Shown one piece after another: positions 23,354 to 30,818 of a DNA stretch of 34,079 nt. This DNA is from an uncultured bacterium (GTDB taxonomy: Bacteria; Omnitrophota; Omnitrophia; Omnitrophales; Aquincolibacteriaceae): assembly GCA_964585045.1 (NCBI GenBank), contig CAZPCF010000002.1, forward strand, positions 1-34,079, given 5' to 3'. The notes below the pieces were generated by a model. The model saw only the letters and a program-made list of their open reading frames with translations, was not told the DNA's origin and ran no database searches. The translations under genes were made by a program, and so were the position numbers. The first letter of the stretch is position 1. Every line of letters begins with the position of its first letter.

Positions 23354-25189
23354 TCATGCCTTCGGCAATGTAAAAGCAAAAACATTTCCATCCGTCTGGG
23401 GCTCGACCCAAACCTTTCCTCCATGCTTTTCAATGATCTCTTTGATAATAAAAAGGCCCAGGCCCGTCCCCTTAATATGTTCGGACCCCGGCAACCGGGA
23501 AAACCGTTTGAACAGATGTTCTTTTTTCTCTGCCGGGACAGGACAACCTTCATTAAAAAACCGGAATTCAACATCATCCGGCCTGTCCTGGGCCGTCACA
23601 ACGATCTTCCCGCCTTGTTTCCCGTATTTTATGGCATTCCCTAACAAGTTGTTGCAGACGATCCCCAACAGGCTCTTGTCCACGGCAAGTTCAACGCCAG
23701 AGGGAACATGATCTTCAAGATTCATGTTCTTCTCTTGCTTTTGTTTTTCAAAATGCTGGATCGCCGGATGAAGAATGGCCTCTTTGAAAAGGATCTTCTC
23801 TTTTCGTGCCTCGAGTTCTCCTTTTTCGATCCTTGAGAGATCGAGATAATTTTTCACCATGCTTTCAAAGTGGTCCAGGCTTCTGGCCGCCGCATCGATC
23901 GCCTTTTTCTGGGCTGCATTCAACTCTCCCAAATAACCATCTTTCACGGAATAAACATTCATCACAATGGAGCCAAGGATACCCTTCAGCTCATGCGACA
24001 CAAATCCGATCATATCGAGGTAGCTTTTATTTAAGGCCGCCAGTTGTTCATTGGTGATCTTTAAACGAAGCTCCCTTTCTTGAAGCCTGTCTGCCATCTG
24101 GTTGAAAGATTCCGTCAGCTGTCCTATTTCCTTGATCGTTGTATGGACCTGGGCCTTGCTTTGGAGGTCCCCGTGGGCCAACCGTCTGATCGAGTGAAGC
24201 ATATCCAGGAACGAATTTGTCAGGAACCTGGAAAAAACAACGGAGAGGACGATAGCGATCAAGGTAATGCAAGTAATAATGGCGAGAATGGCGAGGAACA
24301 GATTGCGCTGCAATTCCACAAATGGTTTCTCGAGGATCCCGACGTAACGGATGCCAATAATTTTATCCTGGATGTTCTTGATCGGTTCATACGCGGTCAG
24401 ATACCAATCGGTCACTACGAACGCCCGGTCCTGCCACTTTTCCCCTTTTTCGACGACTTTTTTGTAAACGCTATCGGAGACAATAGTGCCGATCGCGCGT
24501 TCCCCGCGATCGTTCAGGACATTGGTCGTAACACGGGTGTCATCAAGAAAAATGGTCACGGTCCCGACGGGTTTCCCTTGGTAAAGTTTTTTCTCGAAAA
24601 TGGTATCGGAGATCTCATCGACTAGTTGAAAATTCTTATTGAAGATCTTCCCGCCGTAAAGAACCCCTGTGATCTCTCCTCCGGGGCCGACAAAGGGTCG
24701 CGCGTATTCAAGACCGATAGCTTTTTCCAGCCACCGGTCCGGGTGCGGGTGCGCTTTCGGCGTTGTTTTGATCTCGATCAATGCTTTTTCGAAATATTCT
24801 TTTCCCATGGAGAGCAGTTCTTCTTTTCCAAGGATCCGCTTCCCTCCCGCCGGCCGATGCGTTGCTACAGCTTTTTGAACGATTTCGCTATGGGACTTGT
24901 TCGCATCGACCGGTGTGATCTGATACAAATAATCCAACCCCAGTATCTTCTTGAGGTCTTCCAGGGAAGTATCAGGCCTCGCAAGAGTGAAAGCCGTTGC
25001 CATTTTCTCAATTTGTTTCTCATAAACAGACGGAATAGCCTTGAGGTTTTGGTTCACCTGCTTTTGGGCCTCGCCCATGATATAGGTCTTAACCACAGAA
25101 AAGCCGAGCACAGACATGGAAATGCTCAAGAGGGCCACCAAAAACAAAAATGACGCCAGAATGCTGGTTCTAAGCTTTATGGGTTTCAT
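23354..25189 (-). CDS. Sensor histidine kinase with TM, periplasmic Cache-type domain, TM, HAMP, HisKA and HATPase_c
   Basis: There are two TM segments. The periplasmic region carries DDTRVTTNV...GERAIGT...AFVVTDWYLTAYEPI (Cache-like). A HAMP domain follows, then H-box FVSHELKG, N-box NLLGNAIKYG and G-box GTGLGLFIIKE. ATG 25189 (SD AGGAG) is preferred over 25213. Confidence 0.85.
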   Translation of the reverse strand: MKPIKLRTSILASFLFLVALLSISMSVLGFSVVKTYIMGEAQKQVNQNLKAIPSVYEKQIEKMATAFTLARPDTSLEDLKKILGLDYLYQITPVDANKSHSEIVQKAVATHRPAGGKRILGKEELLSMGKEYFEKALIEIKTTPKAHPHPDRWLEKAIGLEYARPFVGPGGEITGVLYGGKIFNKNFQLVDEISDTIFEKKLYQGKPVGTVTIFLDDTRVTTNVLNDRGERAIGTIVSDSVYKKVVEKGEKWQDRAFVVTDWYLTAYEPIKNIQDKIIGIRYVGILEKPFVELQRNLFLAILAIITCITLIAIVLSVVFSRFLTNSFLDMLHSIRRLAHGDLQSKAQVHTTIKEIGQLTESFNQMADRLQERELRLKITNEQLAALNKSYLDMIGFVSHELKGILGSIVMNVYSVKDGYLGELNAAQKKAIDAAARSLDHFESMVKNYLDLSRIEKGELEARKEKILFKEAILHPAIQHFEKQKQEKNMNLEDHVPSGVELAVDKSLLGIVCNNLLGNAIKYGKQGGKIVVTAQDRPDDVEFRFFNEGCPVPAEKKEHLFKRFSRLPGSEHIKGTGLGLFIIKEIIEKHGGKVWVEPQTDGNVFAFTLPKA

Positions 25190-25817
25190 GTTGCTCCTGA
25201 CGATCCCATGCATTCACAAAATAAAGGATGGTTTCAAGCTCCCGTCCCAGATTGACATTATGGACCACGAATTTCTCGGGAGTATTCAAGCGAACCGGCG
25301 CAAAATTCAAGACCCCCTTGATCCCCGCGGCCATCATCTGGTCCAACACCTGCTGAGCGACCAACTCGGGAACCGCAAGGATCCCGACCTTGATCTTATT
25401 TTTTTTGATAAAATCTTTGAGCTCTCCGAAGGGCAGCGTCGGCACCTCGGCAGAACGATTTACTTTTTGCTCATCCGTGTCAAAAGCTGCTGCGATGTGA
25501 AGATCACTGGCAAGAAAACCCTTATAGTTCATCAAAGCTCGCCCGATATTGCCGCTTCCGACCACGATCACGGGGTACTTTTTGTCCTTGCCCAAAAGCG
25601 CATCAAGCTTCTGGATCAGCTCATCGATCTGATACCCGCCCCGCTTATTCCCCACGAGACCAAAAAGCGAGAAATCTTTCCGGACCTGTACGGCCGTCGC
25701 CCCGATCGCGTCTGCCATGTTCTCCGAGAAAACCTTCACGAATCCGAGGTATTTAAGACGTAAAAGAGCCTCCCGGTAGCTATAAAGTCGGGTGACGGAG
25801 CTTTTACTGGTTTTCAT
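25170..25817 (-). CDS. rex: Redox-sensing transcriptional repressor Rex (NADH/NAD+ sensor)
   Basis: RLYSYREAL..L......V.S..MA...G....QVRKDFS.FG..G.RG.GY is the winged-helix region, followed by the VVGSGNIGRAL Rossmann motif. SD is GAGGGAAC. A matching operator lies upstream. Confidence 0.85.
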   Translation of the reverse strand: MKTSKSSVTRLYSYREALLRLKYLGFVKVFSENMADAIGATAVQVRKDFSLFGLVGNKRGGYQIDELIQKLDALLGKDKKYPVIVVGSGNIGRALMNYKGFLASDLHIAAAFDTDEQKVNRSAEVPTLPFGELKDFIKKNKIKVGILAVPELVAQQVLDQMMAAGIKGVLNFAPVRLNTPEKFVVHNVNLGRELETILYFVNAWDRQEQHETHKA

Positions 25818-25820
25818 TTA

Positions 25821-25838
25821 TTGTTCCCTCGTTCACAT
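25821..25838. promoter_or_regulatory. Possible second, degenerate Rex half-site/operator overlapping the rex leader and SD
   Basis: On the minus strand it reads ATGTGAACGAGGGAACAA. This matches 10 of 14 specified positions of TTGTGAA-N4-TTCACAA, and one half-site (TGTGAA) is perfect. Confidence 0.3.
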
Positions 25839-25848
25839 TAATAAGGAT

Positions 25849-25876
25849 AATATAGTCTATTAATTAAATAGGTCAA
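25849..25876 (-). promoter_or_regulatory. Sigma70-type promoter candidate for rex and the downstream gene string
   Basis: On the minus strand, TTGACC (25876-25871), a 16-nt spacer and TATATT (25854-25849). It sits in the only AT-rich gap of this region. Confidence 0.45.
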
Positions 25877-25882
25877 TATTTA

Positions 25883-25900
25883 TTGTGATTTATTTCACAT
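25883..25900. promoter_or_regulatory. Rex operator (TTGTGA-TTTATT-TCACAT)
   Basis: A perfect TGTGA-N6-TCACA inverted repeat lies 7 nt upstream of the -35 element and 66 nt upstream of the rex start. It matches the published Rex consensus TTGTGAAnnnnTTCACAA at all core positions. Confidence 0.6.
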
Positions 25901-25951
25901 ATAAAACCCCTGGATTTTCGCTCCCTAAAATATGGGGGGGGGCAAAAGAAG

Positions 25952-26665
25952 TTACAGACCGAGGAAACGTATCGCTAGGCCGCAAAGGAGAATCGTGCCG
26001 CCGGCCATGGCGTGCATATAGCGTTCAAACAACTTCAAGGGAAGGAGCTGGATGCCCCACCGGGTGACGGCTACCAGGGTCATCATGGTCGCGATGGTCA
26101 CCGTACCAAAGGCTGTGGCAACCCAGAATACACCGATCAGATTGCTCCTGGCCGCCGGATACATCACAAGCGGAATAAGCGGTTCGCACGGGCCGAACAC
26201 AAAGATCGTGAAAAGGATCCATGGCGTCAGGCTGGGTTCTTCTTTGCGGGTATGAAGATGGGCATGACCTTCCTGATGGACATGGGTATGCCGGTGAACT
26301 TCCCCATCGGCATGGACGTGCAAATGGACGTGCGGCTTATTCTGGACCGCCTTCCGGATCCCCCAGACCATGTAAAGAAGCCCGAAAGCGATCAAAAGCC
26401 ATGCCGCGATCTCCCCGCGCTGGGATTCGATGAACTCTAGCTTCGAAACCGCGATCCCACAAACGATTCCCACGAAACCGAGTACGACCGAACTCAGGAT
26501 ATGCCCCACCCCGCAAAGGAATGTAACCCCCATGGTTTTCCCGAGGGACCAGTTCCTAGCTTTGGAGATAACGGTAAAGGGAACGTAATGGTCGGGCCCT
26601 ACAAGTGTGTGAATGAACCCCAAGGAAGCGGCCGTAACGGTCAGAAGCCCTAGGCTGTGTTCCAT
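25952..26665 (-). CDS. Nickel/cobalt transporter (NiCoT/NicO-superfamily-like membrane protein with a His-rich loop)
   Basis: Polytopic membrane protein. HTLVGPDH resembles the HX4DH Ni/Co signature. The central loop HVHLHVHADGEVHRHTHVHQEGHAHLH is His-rich. Context with hyp genes supports the call. The exact family is not certain. Confidence 0.6.
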   Translation of the reverse strand: MEHSLGLLTVTAASLGFIHTLVGPDHYVPFTVISKARNWSLGKTMGVTFLCGVGHILSSVVLGFVGIVCGIAVSKLEFIESQRGEIAAWLLIAFGLLYMVWGIRKAVQNKPHVHLHVHADGEVHRHTHVHQEGHAHLHTRKEEPSLTPWILFTIFVFGPCEPLIPLVMYPAARSNLIGVFWVATAFGTVTIATMMTLVAVTRWGIQLLPLKLFERYMHAMAGGTILLCGLAIRFLGL

Positions 26666-26679
26666 AACTAAAACCTCTC

Positions 26680-27981
26680 CTATTTTGCCCCAAGATCCGT
26701 GGGCGCACGACCCAGGGAACCGAGGAGCGCTACTGTCTCATCGATCTGTGTTTGGATCAATTCACTCTTCCCCGCACGATCGGGATAGATCGCATATTTC
26801 TCCCGGTATTGGAGCGGTGTGACATTCAGCATCACAGAATTTCCGCCGGCAATAAGCCCTTTCCGCCTGGCGTCTTTGCTCAGAGTTTCAAAGGCTGTAG
26901 TGATCAGCACACGGGCTTCCGTCGGCTCCACAAGCCTTGCGCCAGCGATAACCTTGAGCATTTCGTTTTCGGTTACCGGTTTCAAACCGCCAAGCGGCGT
27001 CCCGGGACTCGGGAGAAAGGGTCCAAAACTGAACATCTCGGCGTGCAATTCCCTGGTTAGATAAAGATCATTCACGACATCTTCAAGCGTCTGGCCCGGC
27101 AGCCCGACCAGCCCCCCGGTAATGATAAGATAACCCATCTCATAGGCTTTTCGGAGATGCTCCAGACGAGTCGCAAGCATCTGGCCCGGATGCAATTCCG
27201 AATAAAGCTCCGGATTGGACGTCTCAAAACGCATAAGAAGTCCGCGGGCGCCCGCGTCATAAAGCCGTTTGAGATTATCGATCCCGATCTCTCCGAAACT
27301 GATAAAAATGAGCGCCGGGAACTCATGCTTGATCGTCCGGATGATCTCCTCAAGCTCCTCCACGGAATAACCCGGGTCTTCCCCGCTCTGGAGCACAAGC
27401 GCCTTGAACCCGTAGCGCTCGACCGCCTCTTTGGCCGCCGCAAGGATTTCTTCTTTTGCCATTCGGTATCGTGGCAGCGTCTTATGATGAAGCGAAATAC
27501 CGCAGTAGTGGCAGCCTTGCTTGCAATAATTCGAGATCTCGAGAATGCCGTGCACACAACAAGCGTTTTTGAGATATTTTTGACGGAGGAAGTTGGCTGT
27601 CTTGAAAATAAGTTCTAGATGCGCCGGATCGTTGGAGCGGATAAGCTGAAGAAGTTCTTCTTTTTCAGGCGGCCTCCCTTCCATGACCCGATCAAGGACC
27701 CGCGCCGTCTTTGGTTCGATGCCCTTCATTTCGAGGTCTATTCGGGAAAGCCGAAGGTCCACTTCCTGGAGCTCAAAAAAAGTCTCTTTCCAAACGTGAA
27801 GGATTTCTTCCGCTTCGCGGGCGGGAAGTTTTTCGATAACGTAACCGCCTTGGGCATAAACGTAATCGCCGACCCCAAGGCCGTCGATCTCGTTATGCGC
27901 TTTGCGTTCTTCTCCGAAGTAATCAACGAGGACGGTTTTTTCCAGGATCTCTTTCACCTTTCCGGGAATGGCGTAGCACAT
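26680..27981 (-). CDS. Fusion of an N-terminal HypC/HupF-type [NiFe]-hydrogenase Fe chaperone domain with a full-length HydE-like radical-SAM enzyme
   Basis: The N-terminus MCYAIPGKVKEI..VDYFG......I......GDYV..QGGYVIEKL matches the HypC signature with Cys2. It is followed by ILEISNYCKQGCHYCGISLHHKTLPRYRM..EEI, VLQSGEDP and GGNSVMLNVTPLQYREKYAIY, which parallel HydE motif for motif. The ORF is a single uninterrupted 433-aa frame. Confidence 0.8.
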   Translation of the reverse strand: MCYAIPGKVKEILEKTVLVDYFGEERKAHNEIDGLGVGDYVYAQGGYVIEKLPAREAEEILHVWKETFFELQEVDLRLSRIDLEMKGIEPKTARVLDRVMEGRPPEKEELLQLIRSNDPAHLELIFKTANFLRQKYLKNACCVHGILEISNYCKQGCHYCGISLHHKTLPRYRMAKEEILAAAKEAVERYGFKALVLQSGEDPGYSVEELEEIIRTIKHEFPALIFISFGEIGIDNLKRLYDAGARGLLMRFETSNPELYSELHPGQMLATRLEHLRKAYEMGYLIITGGLVGLPGQTLEDVVNDLYLTRELHAEMFSFGPFLPSPGTPLGGLKPVTENEMLKVIAGARLVEPTEARVLITTAFETLSKDARRKGLIAGGNSVMLNVTPLQYREKYAIYPDRAGKSELIQTQIDETVALLGSLGRAPTDLGAK

Positions 27982-27986
27982 GGACG

Positions 27987-28229
27987 TTAATCGGCGTCGA
28001 AGGAAACGAGCCGGAGTTCACGAGTCGGGCTTTTCTCGATTTCAAGCACCGCGCCTTCAAGCGGCGTGCCCTGGCTGTGGGATTCGAAAAAATAGCGGAG
28101 GATCTCTTCATTGATCTCGGTAAAAGTACCCATACGAAGATAAACTTTCGTGACACGGGAAACGCTGTGCTCCTTGGTGCGGTTCAGGATGTCTTGGTGA
28201 AGATCTTTGATCACGTGCATCTCATGCAT
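27987..28229 (-). CDS. hypA: HypA-like nickel metallochaperone lacking the Zn-finger domain (80 aa)
   Basis: The N-terminal MHE Ni-binding motif is present, and MHEMHVIKDL...RVTKVYLRMGTF...L.F.F aligns to the E. coli HypA N-domain. None of the CxxC...CxxC Zn-site cysteines are present. The last strand (LRLVSFDAD) directly follows the first half. Confidence 0.65.
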   Translation of the reverse strand: MHEMHVIKDLHQDILNRTKEHSVSRVTKVYLRMGTFTEINEEILRYFFESHSQGTPLEGAVLEIEKSPTRELRLVSFDAD

Positions 28230-28251
28230 GATGTACCTCTCTAGAGCAACG

Positions 28252-28291
28252 CTTAGGGGACAAGTATTATTTGACTGCCTGTCCCCTAAAG
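28252..28291. repeat. Copy 3 of the GGGGACA...TGTCCCC hairpin element (opposite orientation to copy 1); it overlaps the endopeptidase stop codon
   Basis: TTAGGGGACA (28253-28262) pairs perfectly with TGTCCCCTAA (28280-28289), with a 17-nt loop. Its reverse complement aligns to 297-335. Confidence 0.7.
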
Positions 28292-28768
28292 ATGTGCAAA
28301 ATTTCTTTTAATAACATCCACGATCTCGTCCGCCGTTTGCCGCACTTCAGGAGAAAGTCCTTCTCCCAAAGTTACGGTCTTCGGCTGGATGCCGATAAAA
28401 ATGATCTTGGCACCCGTGCTTTCCGTGATGAGCCGCGATACCACATTCATGGGGACCATGTGCGTCGTAAGGGTGGTTTCCGGAATGGCCTCCTCCGAAA
28501 TCACCCGAACCTCGCCGGGTTTTCCGCCGAAATCCGCAGCATCCAGGATGATCACCCTCGAAGGTTTCAGTTCAGTCGCCTCATCGATAATATTCTCCGG
28601 CGTTTGTCCGGCATCGAGAAGCCTGACCGGAAGATCCATCAGAAAAGAAGCGAGATAGGATCCGACCCCATCATCGCTGCGAAAAGGATTCCCGACCGTC
28701 AGGAAAAGATCGAGGCCTTGACCGGGTTTCAGAACGTCGAGAACGTCACCGGTTAACGAATTTGACAT
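28286..28768 (-). CDS. [NiFe]-hydrogenase maturation endopeptidase (HycI/FrhD/HoxW family)
   Basis: LTVGNPFRSDDGVGSYLA is the GNxxxxDDGxG motif, together with ILDAADFG. It lies immediately downstream of the large subunit, overlapping its 3' end. Confidence 0.85.
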   Translation of the reverse strand: MSNSLTGDVLDVLKPGQGLDLFLTVGNPFRSDDGVGSYLASFLMDLPVRLLDAGQTPENIIDEATELKPSRVIILDAADFGGKPGEVRVISEEAIPETTLTTHMVPMNVVSRLITESTGAKIIFIGIQPKTVTLGEGLSPEVRQTADEIVDVIKRNFAHL

Positions 28769-30071
28769 TCAGGAAGTGCGCGGAGCAGGAAATGCAGGGG
28801 TCGTAAGCACGAACAAGCATTTCAAGAAGTAGCGTGATCTCCTCGTCCGTCTTTTCCAGGATCTCGGGGACAAGCTTTTTCATGTCATGCTCGATATTAT
28901 TGATGTTCTGTCCCGTAGGAATGATGCAATTTGCATTCATGATCATGCCCCTGGCGTCGACTTCATAATTATGAAAGAGGATCCCCCGGGGCACTTCCAC
29001 GGCGCCAACACCATTCCCGGGATGAACTTTAATCCTCCCGGTCTCATTAAGACCCACCACCACGGCCTCGCTTTGATCAACGCCCTTTTTCTTGAACTCC
29101 TCAAGGATCCGGATCGCATCTTCAAGGCAGTGAACACATTCGATCAACTGAGCTGCGGTATTAAGATAAGGGTTCTTCACGATCCCCTTCATCCCGATGG
29201 CATCCGCTACAGCCTTGGCCTTGGGGTGAAGCTTTTTCTGGTTCAGATTGAAACGAGCGAGCGCGCCCGCCATATAAGAATCACGGTTCGCTTTACAAAA
29301 TTTCGCCGAGGAATGCGAGACAATAAATTCGTTCGTCACCTGTCTGTAATCTTTTTTCTTCCAGCGCTTGCCGTCCGTGGAGCCTATGTCGCCTTCGAGG
29401 AACGGATATTCGTCCGTATCGTTCACGAGAGCGATATATTCGGTCTCACGTTCGAACTGGGGGAATTTGAGCGTCGCGGCCAGCTTCACGGTCTCATCCA
29501 TATCGGGACGCATTTTATAAAGAATGTCGAGCATCGCGTCGAGGTCTTTTTCACGCGGAAGTTTCGTAAAGCCTCCCACGATCGAAGAGATCGGGTGGAC
29601 ATGACGTCCCACAAGAACGTCACAAACGTCATTACACCACTTCTTCATCCGGAGTGCACGGCGTACGACCTCATTGTGGGTGTTGATAAGCGGAACAAAG
29701 CTCTTCACGCCAAGAAGGTCCGGGGCCACCAGAAGATAGATATGAAGGATATGGCTGTCCAGTGTCTCCATGTGGAGAAGGAATTTCCTGAGCTCTGTGG
29801 TCTGTTTGGAAGGTTTGAAGCCTATCGCATCCTCAGCGGCCTGGATAGAGGCCAAGGTATGCCCGCAGGAGCAAATGCCGCAAATGCGGCAGGTGATGTG
29901 CTGGGCCTCAAAGATCGAACGGCCTCGGATCATGCCCTCAAAAAAACGCGGCGATTCGATGATGTCCAGTTCGCACTTTTCGAGCACGCCGTCTTTCACG
30001 TTCACGACAATGTTGCCGTGCCCCTCGACGCGCGTTAAATACTCGACATTGACATTAATGTTGCGGCCCAT
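28746..30071 (-). CDS. [NiFe]-hydrogenase large (alpha) subunit, group 3b-like
   Basis: The N-terminus has RVEGHG and RICGICSCGH (RxCGxCxxxH). The C-terminus has DPCISCSAH followed by a 9-aa cleavable extension. At 441 aa it has no long insertions, which is typical of group 3. Confidence 0.9.
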   Translation of the reverse strand: MGRNINVNVEYLTRVEGHGNIVVNVKDGVLEKCELDIIESPRFFEGMIRGRSIFEAQHITCRICGICSCGHTLASIQAAEDAIGFKPSKQTTELRKFLLHMETLDSHILHIYLLVAPDLLGVKSFVPLINTHNEVVRRALRMKKWCNDVCDVLVGRHVHPISSIVGGFTKLPREKDLDAMLDILYKMRPDMDETVKLAATLKFPQFERETEYIALVNDTDEYPFLEGDIGSTDGKRWKKKDYRQVTNEFIVSHSSAKFCKANRDSYMAGALARFNLNQKKLHPKAKAVADAIGMKGIVKNPYLNTAAQLIECVHCLEDAIRILEEFKKKGVDQSEAVVVGLNETGRIKVHPGNGVGAVEVPRGILFHNYEVDARGMIMNANCIIPTGQNINNIEHDMKKLVPEILEKTDEEITLLLEMLVRAYDPCISCSAHFLNVKFVNR

Positions 30072-30816
30072 GAGACTCCTTTGTATCCTGCTCTCGCGCC
30101 TTGTTGTACATGTTCATTTTGTTCGCGATCCATTCGACGGGGATCTTGTATTTGGCAAGCACGTCCTTCGCCCCATTCTCGGCCGGATTGGTCACCATGC
30201 CCCGGCACCCGTAGCAAATGTTGTTGTTGTTCACGCACCAGGAATTGCAACCGGCCCGCGTCACCGGCCCCAGGCAGGTCAACCCCTTGTCATACATGCA
30301 TTCGTTCTCGTTCAGTTTACATTCGACACAGACCGCATTATCGGGTACCCGGTAAGGAATGCCCGCGAGAGCACATTTGAGGACTTTCACGAATTCGGGC
30401 AAATAGACGGGGCAGCCGTGCACAAAATAATCGACCGGAACGACCTGGGGAACCGAACGCGTCGGGATGGTATCAAAATACTTCGCCGCTTTTTGATAAA
30501 CATAGTTGCGAATATCATCAAGCTCGAAATTATTCTTCATGCCGTTCACGCCGCCGATCGTGGCGCAGGAACCGTAGGCGATCAGGACCTTGGCCTTCTC
30601 GCGGATCTTCTTGATACGTTCCATATCATGGGAAGTCGTGATGCTGCCTTCCACGATCGCCACATCGTATTCACCCTTTTCCGACATCACTTCCCGGAAC
30701 TCTACCACATCGATCGCACCCAGCACGTCCAGTAGCATCTCTCCCATATTCGCCACCTGGAGCTGGCATCCTTCGCAACACGCAAAATCAAAAAAAGCAA
30801 CTCTCGGTTTTCCCAT
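30055..30816 (-). CDS. [NiFe]-hydrogenase small (delta) subunit, group 3b-like, no Tat signal
   Basis: MGKPRVAFFDFACCEGCQ and GSCATIGG are present, with distal cluster Cys motifs (GCNSWC.., CYGC). ATG 30816 lies 2 nt after the gamma-subunit stop. Confidence 0.85.
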   Translation of the reverse strand: MGKPRVAFFDFACCEGCQLQVANMGEMLLDVLGAIDVVEFREVMSEKGEYDVAIVEGSITTSHDMERIKKIREKAKVLIAYGSCATIGGVNGMKNNFELDDIRNYVYQKAAKYFDTIPTRSVPQVVPVDYFVHGCPVYLPEFVKVLKCALAGIPYRVPDNAVCVECKLNENECMYDKGLTCLGPVTRAGCNSWCVNNNNICYGCRGMVTNPAENGAKDVLAKYKIPVEWIANKMNMYNKAREQDTKESHGPQH

Positions 30817-30818
30817 GA

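Noticed and set aside
23346-23357. ATGAAATTTCAT, and TTCACAA at 25214-25220, as additional Rex boxes
   Set aside because: The half-site spacing and content do not fit TGTGA-N6-TCACA. The second lies inside the coding sequence without a partner half-site.
297-28291. Whether the recurring hairpins could be a CRISPR array
   Set aside because: The copies are kilobases apart and each is individually palindromic. They are not separated by regular spacers, and no cas genes are present.
28746-30071. Selenocysteine recoding in the [NiFe] large subunit or neighbouring genes
   Set aside because: The C-terminal motif is DPCISCSAH with ordinary Cys codons. No in-frame TGA joins adjacent ORFs anywhere in the hydrogenase genes.
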